This document shows positions 9,222 to 16,696 of a stretch of 31,943 nt of DNA, piece after piece (within the stretch, counting starts at the first letter, position 1; each line of letters begins with the position of its first letter). The notes beneath the pieces were generated by a model, which searched no databases, was not told the origin of the DNA, and was given only the letters and a program-made list of their open reading frames with translations. Position numbers and translations under genes: made by a program. This DNA is from Candidatus Rokuibacteriota bacterium (GTDB lineage: Bacteria > Methylomirabilota > Methylomirabilia > Rokubacteriales > CSP1-6), in assembly GCA_016206385.1 (NCBI GenBank), contig JACQRS010000108.1, positions 1 through 31,943 on the forward strand, given 5' to 3'.

Positions 9222-9606
9222 GATCCTCCGGAAGGCAGACCCCCATTTCCAGCAATTCGGCCAGGTCTATCTGGTCGGGGATCTCATCAAGGGGACGATC
9301 AAGGCCTGGCACAAACATCGCCAGATGTGGGAATGGTTCTTCGTGAGCCACGGCTCGGCCAAGTTTGCGCTCTACGACGACCGGGAGGACAGCCCGACCC
9401 ACAAGGAGATCAACACCTTCGTCCTGGGGGAGCGCAACCAGGGGCTCCTGGTCGTCCCACCGGGCGTCTACCATGGCCACATGGCGCTGACGGATGATGT
9501 CCAGCTCGTGGCGGTCAGCAGCGAGGTCTACAACCGTGAGCACCCGGACGAGGTCCGGGCCCCATACGACTCCTTCGGCTACCAGTGGGACGTGCGATGG
9601 CGGTGA
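9157..9606 (+). CDS. RmlC-like cupin (NDP-4-keto-sugar epimerase/isomerase family), paralog 1
   Basis: HVDDRGYLVE, KAWHKH, LYDDREDSPT, VPPGVYHG. GGAGGAG RBS precedes GTG 9157. Confidence 0.82.
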   Translation: MIQGVELIGLKAHVDDRGYLVEILRKADPHFQQFGQVYLVGDLIKGTIKAWHKHRQMWEWFFVSHGSAKFALYDDREDSPTHKEINTFVLGERNQGLLVVPPGVYHGHMALTDDVQLVAVSSEVYNREHPDEVRAPYDSFGYQWDVRWR

Positions 9607-10487
9607 CCCCTCGGGCGCTGGTGATCGGGGCCAACGGTCAGCTCGGCTACGACATCGTTCGCGCGCTTCGCGGGGATGGGGGGTGGGAGGTCGTGCCGCT
9701 GACCCACGCCGGGATCGAGATCACCGATCCGGGGACGGTTGCGTCGGTCCTCCAGGCGCATCGTCCAGACGTGGTGATCAACACGGCCGCCTACCATGCG
9801 GTGGATCGCAACGACCAGGCGGCGGAGTTCTTCCGGGTGAATGCCGTGGGGGTCAAGATCCTGGCGGAGGCGACGCGGGATGCCGGCGGGATCCTGGTCC
9901 ACTTCAGCACGGACTATGTGTTCGATGGATCGCTTGGGCGCGCCTACCACGAGGGGGATGCCCCCAACCCCGTCAACACCTATGGCATCTCCAAGCTGGC
10001 CGGGGAGTTGCTCATCCGCGCCACCACCCCGCGCCACTACATTCTGCGGGTCTGCGGGCTCTACGGGGTGACCGGGTGCCGGGCCAAGGCGGGAATGAAC
10101 TTCGTCGAGATCATGCTGGGAAAGGCCAGCCGGGGAGAGGCGATCCGGGTGGTGACCGATCAGGTGGTCTCTCCCACCTATACCGTGGATGTGGCGGAGG
10201 TCCTGGTCCGGCTGCTCCCGACGGACCGGTACGGGACGTACCACGCGGTCAATCCCGGCCCCTGTACCTGGTACGAGTTTGCCCGCGACATCTTCGAGTT
10301 GAGCGGAATGGTGGGAGCGGTGCAGGTGCTTCCCGCCACCTCGGCGGAGGTCTACTCGTCGGTTCGCCGCCCCGCCAACAGCGCGCTGGAGAACCGCGCG
10401 CTGCGCGCGGCGGGATTGCCTGACCTCCGGCACCGGCGTGAGGCGCTGGCCGCCTATCTGAAGGAGCGAGGGACACGACGTGCATAA
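9603..10487 (+). CDS. rmlD: dTDP-4-dehydrorhamnose reductase-like (RmlD family)
   Basis: IGANGQLG, NTAAY, FSTDYVFDG, PVNTYGISKLAGE. Start is GTG 9603 (GTGA overlap) or ATG 9597. Confidence 0.88.
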   Translation: MTPRALVIGANGQLGYDIVRALRGDGGWEVVPLTHAGIEITDPGTVASVLQAHRPDVVINTAAYHAVDRNDQAAEFFRVNAVGVKILAEATRDAGGILVHFSTDYVFDGSLGRAYHEGDAPNPVNTYGISKLAGELLIRATTPRHYILRVCGLYGVTGCRAKAGMNFVEIMLGKASRGEAIRVVTDQVVSPTYTVDVAEVLVRLLPTDRYGTYHAVNPGPCTWYEFARDIFELSGMVGAVQVLPATSAEVYSSVRRPANSALENRALRAAGLPDLRHRREALAAYLKERGTRRA

Positions 10488-10947
10488 CAATCCGGCATTG
10501 ATCCACGGGGTCGAGGTCAAGACGGTCCGCGTCTATGTGGATGAACGGGGGATCGTGGCCGAGATCCTGCGCTCCGACGATCCGATGTTCGAGCGGTTCG
10601 GTCAGGTGTATTACGCGACGTGCAATCCCGGCGTGGTGAAGGCCTGGCACTACCACAAGATTCACACCGACTACCTGTACTGCATCCACGGGTCAACCAA
10701 GGTCGGCCTCTACGACGACCGCCAGGACTCGCCCACCCACGGGGTCGCCAACACGTTCGTCCTGGGGCCGTACAGCCACCTGGTGATCAAGGTCCCACCG
10801 GGCGTCCTGCACGGCAACATGTGCCTCGGGGACGAGCCGTGCATCCTGGTCAACGTTCCGACCCACGTGTATGACCCCAGCGACGAGTACAAGCTCGACC
10901 CGTTCGATCCCAGTATCCCCTACCATTGGCCGGTGAAAAGCCGTTGA
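10480..10947 (+). CDS. RmlC-like cupin, paralog 2
   Basis: YVDERGIVAE, KAWHYH, LYDDRQDSPTHG, VPPGVLHG. Clearly paralogous to 9157..9606. Confidence 0.82.
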   Translation: MHNNPALIHGVEVKTVRVYVDERGIVAEILRSDDPMFERFGQVYYATCNPGVVKAWHYHKIHTDYLYCIHGSTKVGLYDDRQDSPTHGVANTFVLGPYSHLVIKVPPGVLHGNMCLGDEPCILVNVPTHVYDPSDEYKLDPFDPSIPYHWPVKSR

Positions 10948-11026
10948 ACCCAAACGTTGCAGTTCTCACGCAAAGACGCCAAGGGCGCAGAGAAAGACGT
11001 GAGGAGGTTCTCTTGGCGATCTTGGC
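10947..11026. repeat. Periodic inverted-repeat element, CGCAAAG/CGCCAAG type (B)
   Basis: aacccaaacgttgcagtt (10947-10964), left arm ctcacgcaaagacgccaagggcg (10965-10987), inverted arm cttggcgatcttggc (11012-11026). Confidence 0.8.
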
Positions 11027-11073
11027 CTGAAGATTCCGGGTTGAAAGTCGGTCGGTCCACGAGAGGAGGCGGC

Positions 11074-12036
11074 ATGTGGGAGATCGCAGGAAAATCGGTG
11101 CTGGTGACCGGCGGGGCCGGGACGATCGGCTCGCACGTGGTGGATGCCCTCCTGGCGGAGGGCGCGGCGCTGGTCCGGGTCTATGACAACCTCTCGACGG
11201 GGAATCTGGCCAACCTGGATGAGGCCGAGCGAAGCGGCCGGCTGGAGGTCGTCCGCGCCGATATCCGGGACCGGGAGGACCTCGACCAGGCGATGCGGGG
11301 GATGGACTACGTCTTCCATCAGGCCTCGATCCTGCTCCTGGAAGGGGTTTCCCGTCCGCTGAAGTCGCTCGAGGTGAACATTCTCGGGACCTACCATCTC
11401 CTGGAGGCGGCGGTCCGGCATAAGGTGAAGAAGCTGGTGGCGGCGTCGTCCGCCTCGGTGTTCGGCGATCCCGCGTACCTGCCGGTGGACGAGGCCCACC
11501 CGTTCAACAATGTCACGCTCTACGGAGCCACCAAGGTGGCCTGCGAGCAACTGTATGCCAACTTCCACCACTACCACGGGATGCCGTACGTCGCGCTCCG
11601 CTACTACAATGTCTATGGTCCACGCCAGGGCCGCCACGGGGCCTACACCCAGGTCATCCCCCGCTGGTTCGACCAGATGGAGACGGGAGAGCCCCTGACC
11701 ATCTTCGGCGACGGGTCCCAGAGCATGGACTTGATCTTCGTGGGGGAGATCGCCCGGGCCAACCTCCTGGCACTCAAGAGCGACGTCACCGCCGACTGCT
11801 TCAACATCGGGAGCGGGGTCGAAACGTCGGTGAAGGAGCTGGCTGGCAGGCTCCTGGCCCTCACGGGCTACGAGAAGGGGATCGTGCATATCCCGCACGA
11901 CGTGAACCTGGTGCGGCGCCGGCGTTGCTCGACGGCCAAGGCAGAGCATCTCCTGGGCTTCGTGAGCGGGACCTCCGTGGACGAGGGATTGTCCGCCTAC
12001 CTCGACTGGCGGAAGCGGATGCGGGAGCGGCGGTGA
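11074..12036 (+). CDS. NAD-dependent epimerase/dehydratase (extended SDR)
   Basis: TGGAGTIG, YGATK, LRYYNVYGPRQ, NIGSG. GGAGG RBS precedes ATG 11074. Confidence 0.9.
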   Translation: MWEIAGKSVLVTGGAGTIGSHVVDALLAEGAALVRVYDNLSTGNLANLDEAERSGRLEVVRADIRDREDLDQAMRGMDYVFHQASILLLEGVSRPLKSLEVNILGTYHLLEAAVRHKVKKLVAASSASVFGDPAYLPVDEAHPFNNVTLYGATKVACEQLYANFHHYHGMPYVALRYYNVYGPRQGRHGAYTQVIPRWFDQMETGEPLTIFGDGSQSMDLIFVGEIARANLLALKSDVTADCFNIGSGVETSVKELAGRLLALTGYEKGIVHIPHDVNLVRRRRCSTAKAEHLLGFVSGTSVDEGLSAYLDWRKRMRERR

Positions 12037-12746
12037 AGGCGTTCCTCCTGGCGGCCGGGAAGGGGGACCGGCTTCGCCCCCTGACCGACCGCCTCCCCAA
12101 GTGTCTCCTGGAGGTGGGCGGGCAGCCGCTCTTGGGCCGGTGGCTGGATATGTGCCGGGCAGCCGGCGTGCGGGAGGTCCTGGTGAACACCCACCACCTG
12201 GCCGATCAGGTGGTGGCCTATCTCCGGCAGCGCAGGGGCGATCCGGCGGTGTCCGTCGTGCATGAGCCCCGGCTCCTGGGGAGCGCGGGGACCGTGTGCG
12301 CGAATCTGGAGTTCGTTGGGGACGGTCCCGACTTCCTGGTCATCTACGTGGACAACTATGCCGTGCTCGACCTGGCCCGGCTGGTCGCCCGGCACCGGTC
12401 GTGCCGCGCCGACTTCACCCTGGTGGTGGCGCCCACCGAGTGCCCCACGGAAAAGGGGATCGTGGCGCTGGATACAGCGGATCGCGTCATCGCCTTCCAA
12501 GAGAAGCCCACCCGCCCCTCCTCGAACCTCATGAACGGGGGGATCTACGTGGTGGCCACCGCTTTCATGCGGGAAATCGCCGAGCGCCTCGGGGACCGGA
12601 CTCCCCTGGATTTCGGCTTCGACGTCCTTCCACAGGCGGTCGGCGCGGGCCGGACGTATGCCTTCCGGCTGGGACCGGACGAGTTCCTGATTGACGTGGG
12701 AACGCCCACGGACTACGCCCGGGTCATGGGAGGGCAGCCCGCATGA
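12033..12746 (+). CDS. Sugar-1-phosphate nucleotidyltransferase, HddC-like (heptose-1-P guanylyltransferase candidate)
   Basis: MKAFLLAAGKGDRLRPLT..PKCLLEVGG, LLGSAG, NGGIY, DVGTP. Adjacent to hddA; GTG start at 12033. Confidence 0.8.
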   Translation: MKAFLLAAGKGDRLRPLTDRLPKCLLEVGGQPLLGRWLDMCRAAGVREVLVNTHHLADQVVAYLRQRRGDPAVSVVHEPRLLGSAGTVCANLEFVGDGPDFLVIYVDNYAVLDLARLVARHRSCRADFTLVVAPTECPTEKGIVALDTADRVIAFQEKPTRPSSNLMNGGIYVVATAFMREIAERLGDRTPLDFGFDVLPQAVGAGRTYAFRLGPDEFLIDVGTPTDYARVMGGQPA

Positions 12747-13747
12747 TCATCAGCATGGTCCCGCTCCGTGTCAGCCTGGTAGGCGGGGGAACGGACCTTC
12801 CGGATTACGCCACCCGGTACGGGGGCGCTGTCCTGAGCCTGGCCCTGGACTCATACGTGTACGTGGTCGTGAAGCCGATGTTCGACGAGAACGTCAAGGT
12901 CCGGTACAGCATTGTCGAGAACGTCTCGCACGCCGATCAGCTCAAACATGACATCGTGCGCTCCTGCCTGAAGTTCCACGGGATCCACAACAAGATCGAG
13001 ATCATCACGACGGCCGATCTGCCGACGGAGGGCACCGGCCTGGGATCGTCCAGCGCCATCACCGTCGGCCTGCTCCAGGCCCTGTACACCTACAAGGGGG
13101 AAGCCGTCTCGCCAGACCGCCTGGCCCAGGAAGCCTGCCATGTCGAAATAGAGCTGGCCGGCTCGCCCATCGGGAAGCAGGACCAGTACATCGCGGCCTA
13201 CGGGGGGATCAACCGGTTCGATTTCCACCCAGACGACACGGTGACCGTCACGCCGGCCCCGCTCTCGCCGGCCCGCAGAGCGGAGTTGTGCCAACGTCTG
13301 ATGCTCTTTTACACCGGGCAGACGCGCTCGGCGAAGGAGATCCTGCGAGAGCAGGCGGCGAACCAAGAGCGCAACCTGGAGACCTTGCACCAGATGAAGG
13401 CGAGCGTGGCGACGGCGTGGGAGATCCTGACGGGGGCGCGGGGTCTGGACGAGATCGGGACGCTCCTGGACCAGGCCTGGCAGTGGAAGCGTCGCCTGGC
13501 CGGGTCCATCAGCAATCCGTGGATTGACCGGACGTACGACGCCGTGCGGGGCGTCTCGGACGCCATCGGGGGCAAGATCTGTGGGGCGGGGGGCGGTGGG
13601 TTTCTCCTGCTGTACGTGCCGCCGGAGCACCAGCCCCGTGTGCGGGAGGTCCTCCATGATCTCCCGGAGGTCCGGGTGGGCCTCTCCCCCGCGGGGAGCC
13701 GGGTGATCATCGTGAACGGGCGGGGGATGCTCCCCGCCAGCCACTAG
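12743..13747 (+). CDS. hddA: D-glycero-alpha-D-manno-heptose 7-phosphate kinase-like GHMP kinase
   Basis: PLRVSLVGGGTD, GTGLGSSSA, GKQDQY, GGKICGAGGGGF. Confidence 0.88.
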   Translation: MIISMVPLRVSLVGGGTDLPDYATRYGGAVLSLALDSYVYVVVKPMFDENVKVRYSIVENVSHADQLKHDIVRSCLKFHGIHNKIEIITTADLPTEGTGLGSSSAITVGLLQALYTYKGEAVSPDRLAQEACHVEIELAGSPIGKQDQYIAAYGGINRFDFHPDDTVTVTPAPLSPARRAELCQRLMLFYTGQTRSAKEILREQAANQERNLETLHQMKASVATAWEILTGARGLDEIGTLLDQAWQWKRRLAGSISNPWIDRTYDAVRGVSDAIGGKICGAGGGGFLLLYVPPEHQPRVREVLHDLPEVRVGLSPAGSRVIIVNGRGMLPASH

Positions 13748-13753
13748 AATGAT

Positions 13754-13895
13754 CTCTCGCCAAGACGCCAAGAAGAACTCCCTCGTTGGGGGAAAACGAA
13801 CGAAACTCCTGAAGGTCCCAAGGAGGGTCGTCCCATTTCTCGATTGAAGGATCGAACCATGGGATTCTTGTCCGCCTCAGGCGGATTGGCGTGAG
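13754..13895. repeat. Periodic inverted-repeat element, CGCCAAG type (C), with an inserted 15-bp mini-hairpin
   Basis: Left arm ctctcgccaagacgccaag (13754-13772). Right arm cttg[tccgcctcaggcgga]ttggcgtgag (13867-13895). Confidence 0.7.
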
Positions 13896-13956
13896 GCCGG
13901 TTCAAGGTTTTCTCGGATCAGGATTAATTGACGGCGCGCCCTGCTCGCCCACCAGC

Positions 13957-13988
13957 ATTGGTCATTGGAAATTGGTCATTGGTCATTT
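13957..13988. repeat. 7-nt tandem repeat arm (ATTGGTC)n
   Basis: attggtc-attggaa-attggtc-attggtc-attt. Confidence 0.85.
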
Positions 13989-14043
13989 GATCCTGGGAAA
14001 TCACGGGTTCGTTCGCAAATAGTCCGGGCCAGGAGGTGGAAGC

Positions 14044-14649
14044 ATGGACGTCAGTGCGTACGTAAGAGGGAGCGGCCAAGCCCTGCAGCGAATTGACGTC
14101 GGTGCCGTGGAGCGGGTCATCCAGGTGCTGGAGCGTGCGCGGGCGGCGGGCCATCGGATCTTCATCTTCGGCAATGGAGGAAGCGGGGCGACTGCCTCCC
14201 ACTTCGCCCAGGACCTGGCGAAGGGAACGGTCTCGCGGTTCGACGTGGCCGACAACCGCTTCCGGGTGATGAGCCTGACGGACAACGTCCCGCACATCCT
14301 GGCCCTGGCGAATGATCTCGGGTACGAGACGATCTTCAAACAGCAGATGATGAACCATGCCGGCCCCGGCGATGTGGCCATCGGGATCAGCGGCTCGGGC
14401 AACAGCCCCAACGTCCTGGAGGCCATCCAGTACGCCAGGAGCATCGGCATGGTCACCATCGGGCTGACCGGATTCGACGGAGGAAAGCTCCGGGGCCTGG
14501 TGGAGCACAGCGTTCACGTTCCCTCCGATGTCATGGAACACGTCGAGGACGCCCACATGGTGATCTGCCACGCCACCGTGAAGTGGTTCCAGGCGGCGCG
14601 GGGCGGCGACCGGATGGCGGCGGCGGCCCGGGAGGCCGGGCATGCTTAG
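14044..14649 (+). CDS. gmhA: Phosphoheptose (sedoheptulose-7-P) isomerase, SIS domain
   Basis: GNGGS, SLTDN, LANDLGY, ISGSGNSPNV, EDAHMVICH. AGGAGG RBS upstream. Confidence 0.9.
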   Translation: MDVSAYVRGSGQALQRIDVGAVERVIQVLERARAAGHRIFIFGNGGSGATASHFAQDLAKGTVSRFDVADNRFRVMSLTDNVPHILALANDLGYETIFKQQMMNHAGPGDVAIGISGSGNSPNVLEAIQYARSIGMVTIGLTGFDGGKLRGLVEHSVHVPSDVMEHVEDAHMVICHATVKWFQAARGGDRMAAAAREAGHA

Positions 14650-15910
14650 ATGTCGCGTCTGCCTGACCAGAAGCTGGGAGCGGGTGCTGTCCCTGGGGGC
14701 GACCCCGCTGGCCAATAACTACATCCGGCTGAACGATCTGAAGAAGGAGGAGATCTACTATCCGCTGACGCTGCTGTTCTGCACCCGCTGTGGCCTGGTC
14801 TGCCTGGACACGGTGGTGGACGCCGCTGTCCTGTACGATTTCTACTATTACCTCTCCTCCGAGTCGAAGACGATGCTGCGCCACAACACGTGGCTCGCCA
14901 AGACCTTCGTCGAGCGGTTCGGCCTCAGCGGGAGCGATCTGCTCGTGGAGATCGGCAGCAACACCGGCACCCAGCTCGGTTTCTTCCGGGAGAAAGGGGT
15001 CCGCATCCTGGGCGTCGAGCCGGCCGAGAACATCGCCAGCTTGGCCAACGAGGCGGGTATCACCACCCTCAACCGCTACTTCAACGAGGCGACCGCGGCC
15101 GAGATCCGGGAGCGGCACGGGCGCGCCAAGGTCATCCTGGGCCGGCACGTGTTCGCCCACATTGACGACCTGGACGACGTCCTCCGCGGCGTACACATCC
15201 TGCTGGAGGACGACGGGGCCCTCGCCATCGAGATCCCGTACCTGGTGGACATGGTGGACGGAAACCAGTTCGACACCATCTATCACGAACATCTCTCCTA
15301 CTTTTCCGTCCGGACCCTGCAGCATCTGTTCGAGCGCAACGAGATGGAGATCTTCGGCGTTGATCACCTGGACATCCACGGCGGGTGCATCCTGGTGTCC
15401 GTGAAACGGAAGGGGTGTCCGGCCTTCCCGGTGCGGGGCGTGGATGAATTGACCGCCATGGAGTCTGGCAAGGGCGTGCAGACGGTGAAATACCTGGAGG
15501 ATTTTGCCCGGCGGACCGTGGAGATCAAGGTGGAGCTGACCGGAATCATCAACCGGCTGAAGAAGGCAGGCAAGGTCCTGGCGGGATACGGCGCTCCCGC
15601 CAAGGGGAACACCCTCCTCAACTACTGCGGCATTGACGCCACCTACCTCGACTACGTCAGCGACAACACCCCGACCAAACAGGGGCTGTACCTGCCGGGG
15701 ACGCGGATCCGCATCCGCTCCGAGGAGTACGCCCGGCAACATCCCCCGGACTACTTTCTCCTGTTGGCGTGGAACTATGCCCAGGAGATCCTCCAGAAGG
15801 AGCGGGCGTACCTGGAGGCGGGAGGAAAGTTCGTGATCCCCATCCCGGTCCCCCGGATCGTCGAGGCCGCGGGGACGGCCCCTGGCGGGGCATCGGAGGC
15901 GATCCGGTGA
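14642..15910 (+). CDS. NDP-sugar C-methyltransferase (Zn-binding, class I SAM)
   Basis: N-terminal CxxC...CxxC (CRVC, CTRC), TPLANNY, EIGSNTG, DTIYHEH, YGAPAKGNTLLNYCG, LLAWNY. Confidence 0.9.
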   Translation: MLRCRVCLTRSWERVLSLGATPLANNYIRLNDLKKEEIYYPLTLLFCTRCGLVCLDTVVDAAVLYDFYYYLSSESKTMLRHNTWLAKTFVERFGLSGSDLLVEIGSNTGTQLGFFREKGVRILGVEPAENIASLANEAGITTLNRYFNEATAAEIRERHGRAKVILGRHVFAHIDDLDDVLRGVHILLEDDGALAIEIPYLVDMVDGNQFDTIYHEHLSYFSVRTLQHLFERNEMEIFGVDHLDIHGGCILVSVKRKGCPAFPVRGVDELTAMESGKGVQTVKYLEDFARRTVEIKVELTGIINRLKKAGKVLAGYGAPAKGNTLLNYCGIDATYLDYVSDNTPTKQGLYLPGTRIRIRSEEYARQHPPDYFLLLAWNYAQEILQKERAYLEAGGKFVIPIPVPRIVEAAGTAPGGASEAIR

Positions 15911-16383
15911 GGACCTTTGTGTCCGGCGAGATCATGGGGGTGCTCGTCACCCCCCTGACCGCCTACGTGGATCAGCGCGGGAGCCTGCTGGAACTCGTTC
16001 GGACGGACGCGCTTCCCGGGGGCCACACGCCGGCCATGGCGACCATCTCCTGGACCCACCCGGGAATCGTGCGGGGTCCGCATGAGCACCGCGACCAGGC
16101 GGACCTGTTCGCCTTCGTGGGACCGACGCGATTCCGACTCACCCTCTGGGATAACCGGCCTGACTCCGGGACCTGTGGAAACATCCTGACGCTCGATCTC
16201 GGGGGAGACGCACCCGCTTCGGTGCTGGTCCCGCCAGGGGTTGTCCACGCGTACCAGAACCTGGGGGAGGTCCCGGGTTTCGTGCTGAATTTCCCCGACC
16301 AGCTTTATCGCGGGCCGCAGAAGCAGCAGCCGGTGGATGAGATCCGCCACGAGAACGACCCCGACTCGCCATTCAGACCCTGA
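15907..16383 (+). CDS. RmlC-like cupin, paralog 3
   Basis: YVDQRGSLLE, RGPHEH, WDNRPDS, VPPGVVHAY, DEIRHE. GTG 15907 overlaps the previous stop. Confidence 0.82.
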   Translation: MRTFVSGEIMGVLVTPLTAYVDQRGSLLELVRTDALPGGHTPAMATISWTHPGIVRGPHEHRDQADLFAFVGPTRFRLTLWDNRPDSGTCGNILTLDLGGDAPASVLVPPGVVHAYQNLGEVPGFVLNFPDQLYRGPQKQQPVDEIRHENDPDSPFRP

Positions 16384-16421
16384 CCCGGGTAATTCGCGAA
16401 GGCCTTCGCGAATTACCCGGG
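16384..16421. repeat. Perfect 38-bp palindrome with no spacer
   Basis: cccgggtaattcgcgaagg|ccttcgcgaattacccggg is its own reverse complement and begins right after the cupin stop codon. Confidence 0.95.
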
Positions 16422-16422
16422 G

Positions 16423-16452
16423 AATGACCAAATCCCAATGACCAATTACCAA
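16423..16452. repeat. 7-nt tandem repeat arm (AATGACC)n, inverted relative to 13957-13988
   Basis: aatgacc-aaatccc-aatgacc-aattacc-aa. Confidence 0.85.
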
Positions 16453-16649
16453 AAAAGAAGATCGTGCACGTGTGTAGTGCCGGGAGGGTTTAGTGGCGAG
16501 CTTGGCGATCTTCGCGAGAGATCCGGACCCCGGACCCGGCCTCACGCAAAGCCGCCAATCCGCCTGCGGCGGAAAAGGAATACGCAGCGCGGTACGGGCC
16601 GCACCCAAACAGCATCTTCTCAAAAAAGAAGATCGTGCACGTTTGTAGT
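16450..16649. repeat. 29-bp direct repeat pair
   Basis: caaaaaagaagatcgtgcacgtgtgtagt (16450-16478) and caaaaaagaagatcgtgcacgtttgtagt (16621-16649), one mismatch. Confidence 0.92.
16501..16573. repeat. Periodic inverted-repeat element, CGCAAAG type (E), arms in reversed order, with mini-hairpin
   Basis: cttggcgatcttcgcgagag (16501-16520), ctcacgcaaagccgccaa (16541-16558), tccgcctgcggcgga (16559-16573). Confidence 0.8.
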
Positions 16650-16696
16650 ACAGGGTTGTTCGTGAATAGTCCGGGTTCACGGGGTGGGCAATAAAG

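Noticed and set aside
16450-16649. 29-bp repeats as a mini CRISPR array
   Set aside because: Only two copies, a 142-bp spacer that is itself a repeat element, and no cas genes.
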